DNA of 63,920 nucleotides, the filler included, from Reclinomonas americana ATCC 50394 (lineage: Eukaryota): NCBI GenBank assembly GCA_048213135.1. It is 28 parts of 28 records of this genome, joined end to end, with 100 filler letters (N's around TTAATTAATTAA, not from the genome) between each part and the next. Parts side by side here need not be neighbours in the genome. Positions count along the whole stretch, not along the records: positions 42,888 to 45,889 come from AFZH01024733.1; positions 45,990 to 48,984 come from AFZH01024734.1; positions 49,085 to 50,494 come from AFZH01024735.1; positions 50,595 to 51,996 come from AFZH01024736.1; positions 52,097 to 55,079 come from AFZH01024737.1; 23 more parts are not named here. One strand, given 5' to 3'. This document shows positions 43,932-55,179 of the stretch, in pieces; within the stretch, counting starts at the first letter, position 1, and every line of letters starts with the position of its first letter. The notes beneath the pieces were generated by a model. That model was not told the origin of the DNA and did not search any database. It was given only the letters and a program-made list of their open reading frames with translations. The translations under genes and the position numbers were made by a program.

Positions 43932-45523
43932 ATGGCCTCTGGAAGCGCCGACGCATCACACGGTGCACTTGCTCCTGTGTCTCCTCTGCCCGCACGCAAG
44001 GTGGTCACTGGCAACGTCTTCTCCTGCTTCGAGGATGCTGTCGGAAACACGCCACTCATTCGTCTCCGGTGCGCCTCCATGCATGCATGCATTCTCTCTC
44101 TCACACACACACAGTGTGTCTGACTCTCTCTGTGCGTGTGTGACCACCAGTCGCGCATCGGAGCTCACTGGGTGTGAGATCTATGGAAAGTGCGAGTTCA
44201 TGAACCCAGGCGGTGAGGGCGTGCGCGTGTGTGAGAGTGGAAATGCCCTCCTCCTTCTCACACACACACGCGCGCGCACACAGGCAGCGTCAAGGACCGC
44301 GCAGCACTGTGGATCATCAAAGACGCAGAGGAGTTTCGTCACACAAAGTCTCTCTTTCTGCTTGCAATCACACTTATGCGCACACACAGACGCGGTTTGT
44401 TGTCACCCGGGCAATGCATTGTCGAGGGCACTGCGGGCAACACGGGCATTGGACTGGCGCTGGTGGCCAACTCGCGCGGCTACAAGACGGTGATTGTGAT
44501 TCCCGACACGCAGTCGCAGGAGAAGAAGGACATGCTGCGCATGGCGGGGGCGCAATTGGTCGAGGTACCGGCGGTGCCGTACAAGGACTACAATAACTAC
44601 ATTCGAGTGTCGGGCCGCTTGGCGCAGGAGCTGGGCGGAGTGTGGGCCAATCAGTTTGATAATCGGGTGAGGCGGAGCGATGGGGGAGAAGGAGAAGGAG
44701 AGAGAGACAGCTGACTTGGTGCGATGCAGGCCAACCGACAAGCGCACATTGAGAGCACCGGTCCGGAGATGTGGGCGCAGCTCGAGGGCAAGATCGACGG
44801 TTTCAGCTGCGCCATTGGCACTGGTGGAACATTGGTGCGTCGTGCCGTGCCGTGCACTCCAGCGAGAAGCCAGGGCTGCTCATGTTTCTCATGACTCCCA
44901 CTCTTTCTCCACTCCCATTCTCCCTCTCTGTTCTGCATTTTTCCGACACGCAGTCGGGCACGGCCGAGTTCCTGCGGTCGAAGAATCCGGCAATCAAGAT
45001 CGGCCTCACGGATCCGCAGGGCGCGGCGCTCTACCGCTACTACCGCGATGGAGAATTGCGCTCCGAGGGCTCCTCCATCACCGAGGGCATTGGACAGGGG
45101 CGCGTCACCGCCAATCTCGAAGGCTTCAAGCCCGACATGACATACGAGGTGCGACGCGTGCATGCTGCTCTTTCCTCGCTTCTCCACATTCTCACGCTGT
45201 GCGCGTAGATTCCGGACGCTGAGGCCCTGGACGTCATCTATGATTTGCTGCAGCACGAGGGCTTGTGCCTCGGCACCTCGTCGGGCATCAATGTGGCGGG
45301 CGCCATTCGCTTTGCGCGCGACATCGGACCCGGCCACACCATTGTCACCATTCTGTGCGACTCGGGCACGCGCTACCAGAGCCGCCTGTTCAACGTGCCC
45401 TTCCTGGCCTCCAAGGATCTGCCACGGCCGACGTGGCTCGAGAGCATCGAGGTCAGCGACGAAGTCAAGGCCGCCGTGCAGCGTGCCATGGCTCCCCCTC
45501 CGGCGGCAGCGCCGCCATCGTGA
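43932..45523 (+). CDS. cysK: Cysteine synthase (O-acetylserine sulfhydrylase), multi-exon, apparently complete
   Basis: VGNTPLIRL|...KCEFMNPG|GSVKDRAA; IVEGTAGNTGIGLA; QSQEK; WANQFDN; STGPE; IGTGGT; SITEGIGQGRVTAN; GTSSGINVAGA; TILCDSGTRY. Confidence 0.93.
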
Positions 45524-45610
45524 CGCTGCTGCTGCGTTGCCAGAAGCACTCCAAACAGGAATGCACACCACACTGCCACAATTTTATCTTCCTCTATTAT
45601 AAAAAATGAA

Positions 45611-45889
45611 TCATAATTGAGGCAGGCCGAGCCATCCTCGCAGTCTCTCGTACACCAAAAACGTAATGGTGGTCTGCGGTGCCAGCCGTGCATAGTTGCT
45701 CGTCCACCCGCGGAAGAAGCGCGGCAGGCCACCCTCACGCCACAGCAACACAGCAGTGTCGACGAGACCGTGCGACGTGCCGCGTCGATTCATCATTAAT
45801 GACTTGACGACGTCGGCGGGCGAGGTGACGGTGCTGCTGATGAAGCCGGCCACCATACTGGCGGCGAGATGCGTCGCAAAGCCATCTTT
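45611..45889 (-). CDS. Mitochondrial carrier family protein (UCP/dicarboxylate type), C-terminal repeat
   Basis: SPADVVKS (PxDxxK), EGGLPRFFRGW, ARLAPQTTITFLVYERLR. Confidence 0.9.
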   Translation of the reverse strand, partial: KDGFATHLAASMVAGFISSTVTSPADVVKSLMMNRRGTSHGLVDTAVLLWREGGLPRFFRGWTSNYARLAPQTTITFLVYERLRGWLGLPQL

Positions 45890-45989
45890 NNNNNNNNNNN
45901 NNNNNNNNNNNNNNNNNNNNNNNNNNNNNNNNNTTAATTAATTAANNNNNNNNNNNNNNNNNNNNNNNNNNNNNNNNNNNNNNNNNNNN

Positions 45990-47136
45990 CAACTTCTCGC
46001 GCGCGTGCGCGTGCACGCGTGTGAGCTGCTCCCACGCGCTCCGCCGGTTCAGGGGAGATGATGGCCTCATCGGCAGGCGCTCGGTGTTGGCGAAGGGCAA
46101 CGCCGCTGGCCTCTGCGGCCGGTGCTGGTCCGCGAGCTCCGGCACGAGGTTGCACAGAACTGCGTAACCAGCGACACGGAGGATGATGAGTAAACGGAGC
46201 ATCATGCAGTCTCGTGGGAATGGTCAAGTATACTAGTCACCTCGCCGCGGCGCGTGCACCGACGTCAGAGGAGTCCGGCGAGGAGTCTCCGGTTGGTTGA
46301 GACAGCAGCAAATCACGCAGGCTAAGAAGGCGCCCAATCGCTGCACTCTGGGTCACGCCTAACGTGGAGACAAGCTCATCGAGCTGTTCCTTGACAGACA
46401 GCTCCAAGCTGACGCAGGCTCTGGGGGCCCTGTTCTGTGATAGCTCCTCCACCGGTTTCCGGGGACGACCTCGCTTGCGCTTGGCCTCGGCTGCGGGGCC
46501 AACGGCATCGTCACCACCGTCAAAGTCGGCGGGCACGGGCACGGCCGCGACCGGCACACCATCGTCGCCGGCTGCGGCGTCTTGCGCTTCGTCTTGCACC
46601 ACAGCAGCCGGTGCGCGATCCCCGTCGGCAGCGGCGACGACTGCTGGCTGTAGGGGGGCAGCTTGCGGCGGTTGCGGTGGCTGTCGCGGAGACGAGGGCG
46701 CTGGGGCTTGCGGCTCGGCAGGTGCCGGCGGTGGTGGTTGCCGTGCCGGTGGCGGTGACATTGCAGACGGTGGGGAAATTGGTGGGGCGGCGCCTCGGCG
46801 GTTCTTCACACTGGCACTGCGCGCACGGGACGATTCCGACACACTGGACCGTGTGGACCCAGTGGTGGTAGCGGTTTGCGCGCGAGACGATGCAGGGCGC
46901 GGCCGCTTCCGCGCAGGAGACGAGGCCGACCGAGATGATGTTGCCTTCGGCGCCGACCGCTCCAGTTGCACTGCGAGTGGCGACAAAGGAGCGCTGGCCT
47001 CACCACCGCGCTCCGCAGACTGTGCCCGCCGTCGCCGCTTGCCCGCCTGCATCCCGACAGGCGACATGACAACATCCGCATTGTGCGTGGAGCTTGATCC
47101 GCGAGGAGGTCGAAATGGCACAGCGTCTTCCTCCAT
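45990..47136 (-). CDS. AT-hook / ribbon-helix-helix-like DNA-binding protein, partial, possibly transposon-encoded
   Basis: Long Pro/Ala/Ser-rich ORF, then KRKRGRPRKP and RACVSLELSVKEQLDELVSTLGVTQSAAIGRLL; start uncertain. Confidence 0.55.
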
Positions 47137-47559
47137 GGGCAGAGCGCGCGCGGCGGCGTTCGTCCGCACGCTTCCGCCGAGTGTGTGGCGCCTCTGTGAC
47201 GGCTGCTGCGGGGGAGAGTGGTGTGTGAGCACACACGACATTTGCATTTCGCGCCATCATGACGCGGATGACGTGTGGGATCAGTGGGTGCAATGTTGTG
47301 ACTCTTTCTGCGTGCACTCCCCAAGCAGAGATGTTGCTCGTGGAGTGCGAGCACGCCGCGCGTGCGTGTGCACACGGAAGTGGGGGGAGTGGGGGCCGCA
47401 ATGGGTGGAAATGACCGCCAAAACGCACCACAGACCCTTCCGCTGATTCGCACGCCGCCAAAAGCGCTTCCAGTCCTTCACCATGATGTACACTCATGTT
47501 GCAGTGAGCGGCGGCGCGCGGCGATGCGTGGAAGTGACTTAGGATTTTTACTGGTAGGC

Positions 47560-47589
47560 ACAGAAAATTTGGTGGAAGCGTCCCTTTAA
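47560..47589 (-). mobile_element. Possible Kolobok-like transposon end with TTAA target site
   Basis: Minus strand TTAA|AGGGACGCTTCCACCAAATTTT; Kolobok ends follow a TTAA-AGG pattern. Only one end is visible. Confidence 0.35.
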
Positions 47590-47600
47590 TATCACGCGCG

Positions 47601-47745
47601 ACGATTCGATTGTGGACAACACAGCGCGGTCGTGCGCGTCGGGAGCTCGAGCTTGATGTGGCGAGGCTAGCGCTGGCGCTGCAGGCCATCAAAGACATGC
47701 AGAGTAAGGATGCGGATTCGCGGTGTCTGCCGGAGATGGTACACA
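47601..47745 (+). pseudogene. Truncated remnant of the WD40-family C-terminus
   Basis: TIRLWTTQRGRARRELELDVARLALALQAIKDMQSKDADSRCLPEMV aligns by eye with 21164-21300 (TIRVWSTPRGLARLELDAARSAMQAVQEMQ...SRCLPELV) but has no WD repeats upstream. Confidence 0.6.
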
Positions 47746-47993
47746 GCCGGCGCCGGCATATCAACCTGACGACGTTTCTTCGATCTGCAATAGGAACCAT
47801 GGCCACGGAGCCAGCATGTTTGCAGCTCCCCTCAACAACGAATGCGGACTTCACTGCTTGGCAAAATTTAAAAGGCCATGATTTACAAGCCGAAAGAATG
47901 AAAGTATTCGAATTCGCTGCGCATGCAGAGGGCGCAACGCAGCGGAATGAAATTAAAAGGAAAGGCATACATCGATGCTGTTTGGATTAGTAA

Positions 47994-48037
47994 AGTAGTA
48001 GTAGTAGTAGTTGTTGTTGTTGTTGTTGTTGTTGTTG
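47994..48037. repeat. Compound microsatellite (GTA)n(GTT)n
   Basis: Directly visible. Confidence 0.9.
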
Positions 48038-49201
48038 CACCTCGAGTCGATTCAAAGGGAGGGAATGACACATCATTGAAACATCAGTGACAAAAACGTG
48101 GTTTCTAGACGAACGGACACCAATGGAAGACTTCGGCGCGAACCCGGTGTTAGTCGCCAGAAGTACTCCCCCCCTGCCAGCCTGTGGATGGCTGAATCGA
48201 CTTCGACGAAGGCCCTTCGTTCGAAGTGATACTGTTGGGACGACTGTCGAATCACCCTGTAACTTGGTTGAATCACCCATGAAAGTGACTGAATCACTCA
48301 GAAAAGTCGGTCATTCGGTGAAGCCACAAGGTCAATGACGGCGAGTCTCTCGTGAATCGAGGCAAAAGATTAACAGCTGCCTCTATCTGTGAAGTTGTAC
48401 TGATACCAGTGAATCGTACATCTGAGAAGCGAGTCTGAAATGTTCATTCTACACATGCGCCACTCCCCACCCGAATGACCACAGACGAGGGCCTCCCGTT
48501 TTGTTCTATATATGTCGGAGGGGAGTACAAAAGGAGCAGGGACGTGCTCTCACATGCACTCCCCTCGTGCGACGCGATGCGCAATAATTATAATCCACTT
48601 GCATTACTGACCGTGGAGAAGAAGAAAGGGTACTGCGCAGGCTGTTGGCTACAGCAGGAAAGAGAGAGAGATCTAGAGGGCCCAGGAGAATGAGGAGCCA
48701 AGAGAAAGGGAGACGATCCGAAGCCATACAAGATGGAGAGTGAGAGAAATATGCAGGTCGCTGTAGACAGAGAGGCAGAGATAATTATAAGTAGGCAGGC
48801 ACAAAAAGACGAACGCATCGTGGAGACGCGAAAGAGGACTCACGGACACAAGAGGCACAGGAGTTTCGGAGAGAGAAACACGGCAATGTGCACAATGAAA
48901 TCGTGCACACTCCGCATGCACGTCTCTCTCACTCTCTCTCACACACACAGTCTCTCTCTCTCATGATCAGTCTCTCTCTCTCTCNNNNNNNNNNNNNNNN
49001 NNNNNNNNNNNNNNNNNNNNNNNNNNNNTTAATTAATTAANNNNNNNNNNNNNNNNNNNNNNNNNNNNNNNNNNNNNNNNNNNNAGACATCGAGTTCCAT
49101 GACCGCCCCCGATGATGGAAAGGCGAGCATGGCGCTCGTTCGTGCGTCGAATCAAGCGAAGCTTACGTTAGGTCGTCAGCTGCTTCCCCGACCCCGACGA
49201 T

Positions 49202-50173
49202 CTACGGCATCGGCTGGTCCAGGAAAGAGGCGATGCTCTGGCGCTGTCGGTTGACGACAAGACGCGTCACGTCCGGGCGCGCGTAATGTCCAGCCTGGTC
49301 GAAGTTCTGCCGTTCGCGCCGGACCTCGCGATGGTCGAGGGTCGCGACCAGAAGCTCCTCGCGTCCAGTCACCGGCTCGACCAGCCAATTGCCGTCGGGC
49401 CCGGTGATACAGGAGCCGCCATCGGCCAGCATGTCGGGGCAGCTTGCCAGCATGGCACCGGCGGGGCTGCCAGCCGGCACATCCTGCCTGCGCATCAGTC
49501 CCGACACCGCCAGGACATAGCTGCGTCCCTCGCGCGCCAGGAAGCGGGTGGTTCCCTCGGTGTTGCGGAGGTTCCCGGGCCAGAGCGCGACGTGTAGGTC
49601 CTCGCCTTGCGCGTAGAGAGCGGCCCGCGACAACGGCATCCAGTTCTCGAAGCAGTTCAGCCCGCCGACCGTGAAGGGGCCGACTCGGTGCACCTGCAGG
49701 CCGTGCCCGTCTCCCGGCGCCCAGCTCAGCCGCTCTTCATAGGTCGGCATCAGTTTGCGGTGGATCGAGGCGATCTTGCCATCCGCACCGATGTGGACAC
49801 GGGAACAGTACACGCTGTGCCCGCCGCGATCGGCTGGACGCTCGATGATCCCGAGCATGACCGCAATGCCGCCTCGCGCCGCCGCCGCACAAACCGGATC
49901 GAGATGGCCGGCCTCCACTTGCACGGCCTGGTCGAGATAGTGCGCGTGGATCTCCTTCTGGAGTGACGATTCGAAACGCGCGCCGTCGGTATGCTCGATC
50001 CAGAAGGGATAGCCTGGCGCCAGCGCTTCCCCGAAGGCGACGAAGCCGCAGCCTGCCTGCGCGGCACGCTCGATCCAGGCGACGACCTTGTCGAGCGTCC
50101 GCGCCCGGTCGAGCCAGACGGGTGCGATCTGGGCGAGGCCCACGGTCAGCCTCTCGGCTGGGGTGTCGTTCAT
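49202..50173 (-). CDS. Nitrilase (carbon-nitrogen hydrolase family)
   Basis: FGEALAPGYP (Glu), HRKLMPTYEER (Lys), GGLNCFENWMPL (Cys), FDQAGHYARPD. Confidence 0.95.
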   Translation of the reverse strand: MNDTPAERLTVGLAQIAPVWLDRARTLDKVVAWIERAAQAGCGFVAFGEALAPGYPFWIEHTDGARFESSLQKEIHAHYLDQAVQVEAGHLDPVCAAAARGGIAVMLGIIERPADRGGHSVYCSRVHIGADGKIASIHRKLMPTYEERLSWAPGDGHGLQVHRVGPFTVGGLNCFENWMPLSRAALYAQGEDLHVALWPGNLRNTEGTTRFLAREGRSYVLAVSGLMRRQDVPAGSPAGAMLASCPDMLADGGSCITGPDGNWLVEPVTGREELLVATLDHREVRRERQNFDQAGHYARPDVTRLVVNRQRQSIASFLDQPMP

Positions 50174-50265
50174 CTCGGTCCAGTCCTCGCTTGAGTCGCA
50201 TGGGCGAGCCGGGGTAGGAACTTGCCGGTTATCAGTCCAATTAATTGATATGATCGGCCAACATC

Positions 50266-50494
50266 ATGTTTCCTAATGTCAGCCTGATCCAGCTGCGCTG
50301 TTTCATCGGCGTGGCGGAGCACGGCGGCTTCACCGCGGCGGCAGACAGGCTGTGCCTGTCGCAATCCGCCGTCAGCCAGGCGATTGGCGGGCTGGAGCGG
50401 GCGCTCGGCACGAAGCTGCTGCTGCTTGGTCGCAACCAGCCAGCCCTGACCGCGGCCGGAAACAGGGCGCTCGTCGAGGCGCGGGCCGCGCTTG
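50266..50494 (+). CDS. LysR-family regulator, N-terminal HTH (partial), divergent from the nitrilase
   Basis: QLRCFIGVAEHGGFTAAADRLCLSQSAVSQAIGGLERALGTKL...LTAAG. Confidence 0.93.
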
Positions 50495-50594
50495 NNNNNN
50501 NNNNNNNNNNNNNNNNNNNNNNNNNNNNNNNNNNNNNNTTAATTAATTAANNNNNNNNNNNNNNNNNNNNNNNNNNNNNNNNNNNNNNNNNNNN

Positions 50595-50806
50595 CCCTGC
50601 CCGGTCAGCAAGCGCAGGGCCTCACTGGCGCAGCGTCGCCCTGCCAGCCATTCGGCGCGACGCCGGGGTGCGGCGCGCGCGATGCGATCCGGCAGGACGA
50701 TACCAGAACCAACTAGGCCGCACCCGCGCGAGAACCGCAGCGCGACGCAACGATAGTCGACGGGCTCGTCCTGCCAGGGATGGAGCAGCTCCGGTTCGCT
50801 CTCCAC
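50595..50806 (-). CDS. entD: 4'-phosphopantetheinyl transferase (EntD-like), 5' part
   Basis: LPDRIARAAPRRRAEWLAGRRCASEALRLL, downstream of entB. Confidence 0.8.
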
Positions 50807-50818
50807 CAGCGCTCCGGC

Positions 50819-51691
50819 TCAAGCCGCCAGGCGGCGCTGCTCGATCAGCGCCCACCAGCCGTTCAGCGTCGGCACGCGGGCGAGATCGTCGAAGCCGACG
50901 GTGACGCCGCGCTCCTTCAATTCGCCGGCGAGCACCATGACCTGCACCGAATCGAGCCCGTAGAAGATCAGGTTCTCGTCAGGATCGAGTTCGGTCTCGT
51001 CCTCGACCAGCTCGAGCACGCGCGCCTGCAGCCATTCGCGCGTCGCCTGCGGACGCTCCGCCACACCCGCAAGACTGTCGGTCGAAACCAGCGCGCCGCA
51101 GCGCGTCGCGACATAGCGCAGCGCCATCAGATGCTCGGCCTCGGAGAAATCGGCGACGGCGTCACCGACCAGAAAGGGCTGGATATCGCTCATGAAGGCG
51201 TCGACCGCCGTCACCATGCAGCCGATATGGGCGTAGACGCCGCCAATCACGAGCTGATCACGACCGAGTATCCGCATCCGCTCCAGCAGGTCGGAGCGCT
51301 TGAAGGCGCTGTAGCGCCATTTGGTCAGGACGATGTCCTCGGGCCCCGGCGCCAGCTCGGCGACAACCTCCTGGAGATCGGGCGCGGCCACGGTGAGGCC
51401 CGGCCCCCACATGTCGTTGAGCAGAGCGCGATCTCCATGCGGCTGTTCATGCGGCTGGGCGGTGTAGACGACCGGCACGCCATTGGCCCGCGCCCAGGCG
51501 CGCAGGCGCACGAGATTGCCGATCAGCTGCGGCAGCAGCCGGCCCTTCGCGTCGTAGAAGCGCAGGAAATAGCGCTGCATGTCGTGGATCAGCAGGACGG
51601 CGCGCTTGGGATCCGGCCGCCATTGCGTGCGGTTGGCCGGAAAGGCGCTCGCCTGCGGCATCGGGTAGTCGGTGATCTGCGGAATGGCCAT
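50819..51691 (-). CDS. entB: Isochorismatase / aryl carrier protein (EntB/DhbB)
   Basis: MAIPQITDYPMP...AVLLIHDMQRYF...DRALLNDMWGPG...KWRYSAF...GVYAHIGC; ArCP motif YGLDSVQVM. Confidence 0.96.
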   Translation of the reverse strand: MAIPQITDYPMPQASAFPANRTQWRPDPKRAVLLIHDMQRYFLRFYDAKGRLLPQLIGNLVRLRAWARANGVPVVYTAQPHEQPHGDRALLNDMWGPGLTVAAPDLQEVVAELAPGPEDIVLTKWRYSAFKRSDLLERMRILGRDQLVIGGVYAHIGCMVTAVDAFMSDIQPFLVGDAVADFSEAEHLMALRYVATRCGALVSTDSLAGVAERPQATREWLQARVLELVEDETELDPDENLIFYGLDSVQVMVLAGELKERGVTVGFDDLARVPTLNGWWALIEQRRLAA

Positions 51692-51719
51692 GTGAACTCT
51701 CGGATGGATGAGAAGGGGA

Positions 51720-51996
51720 TCAGGCGAGTTCGGCGCGCAGGCGCTTCTTGTCGATCTTGCCGACTGGAGTGAGCGGCATCGTCTCGATGAAACGGACGCG
51801 GTCGGGGAGCTTGTATTCGGCGACGCCGAGCTCCAGCAGGTGGCGCCGCAGAGCCGGTCCGCGCAGGGCCGCATCGCGGGCGACGATGAAGGCACAGCTC
51901 TTCTCGCCCAGCAGCACATCCTGCATGGCGACGAGCGCCGCATGCGTCACCTCGGGATGGCGCAGCAAGAGGTTCTTGATCTCCTCGGCCGCAACC
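51720..51996 (-). CDS. entE: 2,3-dihydroxybenzoate-AMP ligase (EntE/DhbE), C-terminal part
   Basis: [13 protein letters not shown]...LGEKSCAF...AEYKLPDRV...[14 protein letters not shown], immediately upstream of entB. Confidence 0.9.
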
Positions 51997-52582
51997 NNNN
52001 NNNNNNNNNNNNNNNNNNNNNNNNNNNNNNNNNNNNNNNNTTAATTAATTAANNNNNNNNNNNNNNNNNNNNNNNNNNNNNNNNNNNNNNNNNNNNTGTT
52101 TGTGAGTGTGTTGGTCGACTGGTCGGAGTGGTGAATGTGCTCGGGCGGCTTCTGCTGCAGCAGCGACTGTCTTGGAGTGCAGCTGAAAAAACCTGCAGCA
52201 TTAGCCTTGGCCACAGGCATTTTTTCATTGCGTGTTTGGTCTTGGAGGTTGTGGATCCAGATATCGATCACGATCTAGATCTGGCCGCGGTCGGTCGCAG
52301 CGCGCTATCGATAATGATGTTGCGGTGCATTTTTGTTGCGTCACACTGCGTGCTGAACCTGGCCATGGCTCTTCAGAGATATGTTTCCATCCGAAGCTCA
52401 TCGCACTCTGCTGCCGTGTACTTTAGTTTTTCGTACCGATCAATCACACGTTCGGCCAACAATCTATTTTTTTATGATGCTTTGCAATCCTTGTCTGCTA
52501 GTGGTTTTATAACATTAATATTCCAAACAATTTACTATCATTACTTTTTCTACCTTGATTATCATCTTAATTATTATTATCA

Positions 52583-55079
52583 TTAGATTGTTGTTGTTGT
52601 CGTTGTCGTCGTCTGCGATGCCTCACCGAAGAACTGGCACTCTAGTCTCCCAAGTACCATGCCATCCCAATCTTGAGCACGCAGCAGACGCTCCAGGTCA
52701 ACCAATCTGCTATCGGCACTTGCAACGCATTCCGAGTCGCCGCGAGCTATTGCATCACGACGCTCCTTCAACAGACGCTTCCGAGCAGTGAAAAACCAGT
52801 TGCCGAGCACATGAGGCGGGCTGGCCGCGACACCAGACGATACGTCGGTGTCGACAGGATTTGCCATCGACACGCCTGCTCCAAATGATGCCCAGTGAGC
52901 AACAGCTGCAACAAGCAAATGGAGAAATGGTTGCCACACTCACTTTCCTTGCAATTGCTGGCTGCCCCGGCGCGAACTGGCATTCGTACAACTGCTGCAG
53001 CGGAAGTCGCAACTCCTCGCGAACCGAGTCGTTTTCTGGAAGACGGCATGTTACGTCGAATACTTGCGGCATCAAGTACCGAAACCAAAGGCCGCGAAAT
53101 AGTGGCCACCACTGCAACCGCCAACAGAATAAGTGCTTATCGACCTGAAGCGGACGGTACAGCGCTGCACTCTGAATGGCACTCACCATCTGCAGCGTCC
53201 ACAGCGCGGCAGCGCTCGACATTCGGGCGCTTCACTTGCGGAGTCGAGCCACCAACGTCAGCCGCCGCGGAACGAGTGGAAAATACTCTCTTGCGAGCCT
53301 GGCGTCGCTTCTTAACAGAGAACGTTGGCATGTTGGTCGTGTTCAGTACCGACGTGAACCCGAGGTCGCGGTCAGCTACAACGGGAGAGTATACAATGTC
53401 AGAGACGGAAGCAAGATCTTGGGCACAAGCAAAGCAATGGACAGGAAAACTACCTGTATCGGCAACAGGTTCAATCGCCAGAGGACTGTGTATTTCGACA
53501 TGGTCCGCTGCAACGGTATGTGTCACCTCGGGTGTGGGTGATGGCGCACAAAGCTGAGCACCAGACGCTTCTCCAGTCAACTCCGCACATGTGCCTGAAT
53601 CACATGCAAGCGGTGTTAACCAAGCAACTGATTCACCACGCCGCACACGCACTCACCCTCACTGATAATCACTACGCGTGAGTCGACAGAGTTCTCGTCT
53701 ATTGTGGCGTCGCGATCGGTCACAGCCTCAACCACAGTTAATTGTTGCACTGGCGTCGGCACGTGGAGCTCGACGGTAGCCGTATCGAAGACCCTTGGAT
53801 GGGAGGCTTCCAGATTACTATCTGAGCAATCCTTTTCTTGGTCAATCTCGGGCGAGGTGCGGAGAGCAACTGACTGATGCCGTGCGAAGTCCAAGAACAA
53901 TGAGAAATCCCTCCAGCGACGTCGACGGAATACCGTGCCAGTCAACGACTCTCCATCAGGAGAACTCGACGCTGCCGCATTCGGCAACCCACTTCCACTG
54001 ACTTCTGTCACAATCGCATTGGTACCACAAGTAGCGTCATCATCGGCGCCAGCTCCATCGCAAGCATCGTCCAGCAGTGCCAAGTGCTCCCTCGGCGATT
54101 CATCTGACGTCACGCGCTGAAGGACTGGAGGAACGACTTCCTCACAATCGTCGGTGCTCAGCCGGCTGTCCGACATGCGAGCACCCACTCGCTGTTCCCA
54201 CGGCGCAAGAGTCGCGAATTCCTCGTCAAGCAGCGAGCGCACACTTGCACGCGCCGGAGCACTAGTTCGCCTCGGAACACGAACGCCCGTCCACGCAAGC
54301 GTAGGCACCAATGGCTCGTCGGCTGCATACGACAAAGCTGGTGTGTCTGGAAGGTTTCGCGTCATCAGCATCCTCAGCAAGCAGATCACGCGCACGCAGA
54401 ACACTCACCAACGTGTAGCACATTGGTCGACAAAACACTACTCGTTTGACTTGCAGGGACAATGTCGCAACAATTGAGAGGATTCGGGGGACCAGAAGAC
54501 ATCAACAATTGCAGCAGATCAGGAAGCAAAGCAATCCCACTTTCCGGCGACACTGACGTTTGCAAAGAAAGCTCGTCAACATCCGGCTTGTCGTGATCTC
54601 CGTCAATCAATCCGTCACCCGATAGTTCATGTGCAATCGGACCTGCCACATCAGGCTGTCCAACCTCTGCACCGGCGGCGCTGACGGCTACTGCCGCAGC
54701 TGGACGTGAAACAACGACACCGTCAACGTCAACAACATCTTCGGTCGGCAACCCACAATCAGAGGTCGCCAACATGCTGCTTGATCCTATCAGCGGACAA
54801 TCGACAATGTTCGCGGGGACCGGTGAGTCCACCACATCAACGAACGTACGTGACCGTAAAGTATCCAGGTAACCGCTGAGACGTTGCTCCCATGGCGCGA
54901 TAGTCGCGAACGTAACTGCGCGCCGCTTGCTTGCACCAGGACGAGGAGCAGTGAGTGGCGGCATCGGCGTATCACCACCAAGCGCAGCAGCCGGCGAGTC
55001 GACGAAAACATGCGACAGAGGAGTGGTGACACCTGCCAAAACACACACGAAACACAATCAACACAAAATGTACCACACA
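52583..55079 (-). CDS. Hypothetical multi-exon eukaryotic protein, 3' part, with an internal repeat
   Basis: Successive minus-strand ORFs separated by GTGAGT...CAG introns; FAT(I/L)APWEQR occurs twice; AT-rich 3' flank at 52460-52585. Confidence 0.5.
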
Positions 55080-55179
55080 NNNNNNNNNNNNNNNNNNNNN
55101 NNNNNNNNNNNNNNNNNNNNNNNTTAATTAATTAANNNNNNNNNNNNNNNNNNNNNNNNNNNNNNNNNNNNNNNNNNNN

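Noticed and set aside
49085..51996. Nitrilase-LysR and siderophore genes as one pathway
   Set aside because: Separated by a linker; both flanking genes are truncated and unrelated, and the summed length (2812) does not fit the scaffold series, so linkage is unsupported.
52440..52475. CACACGTTCGGCCAACAATCTATTTT as a Tc1-like terminal repeat
   Set aside because: Only vague similarity, no TA target site and no partner repeat visible.
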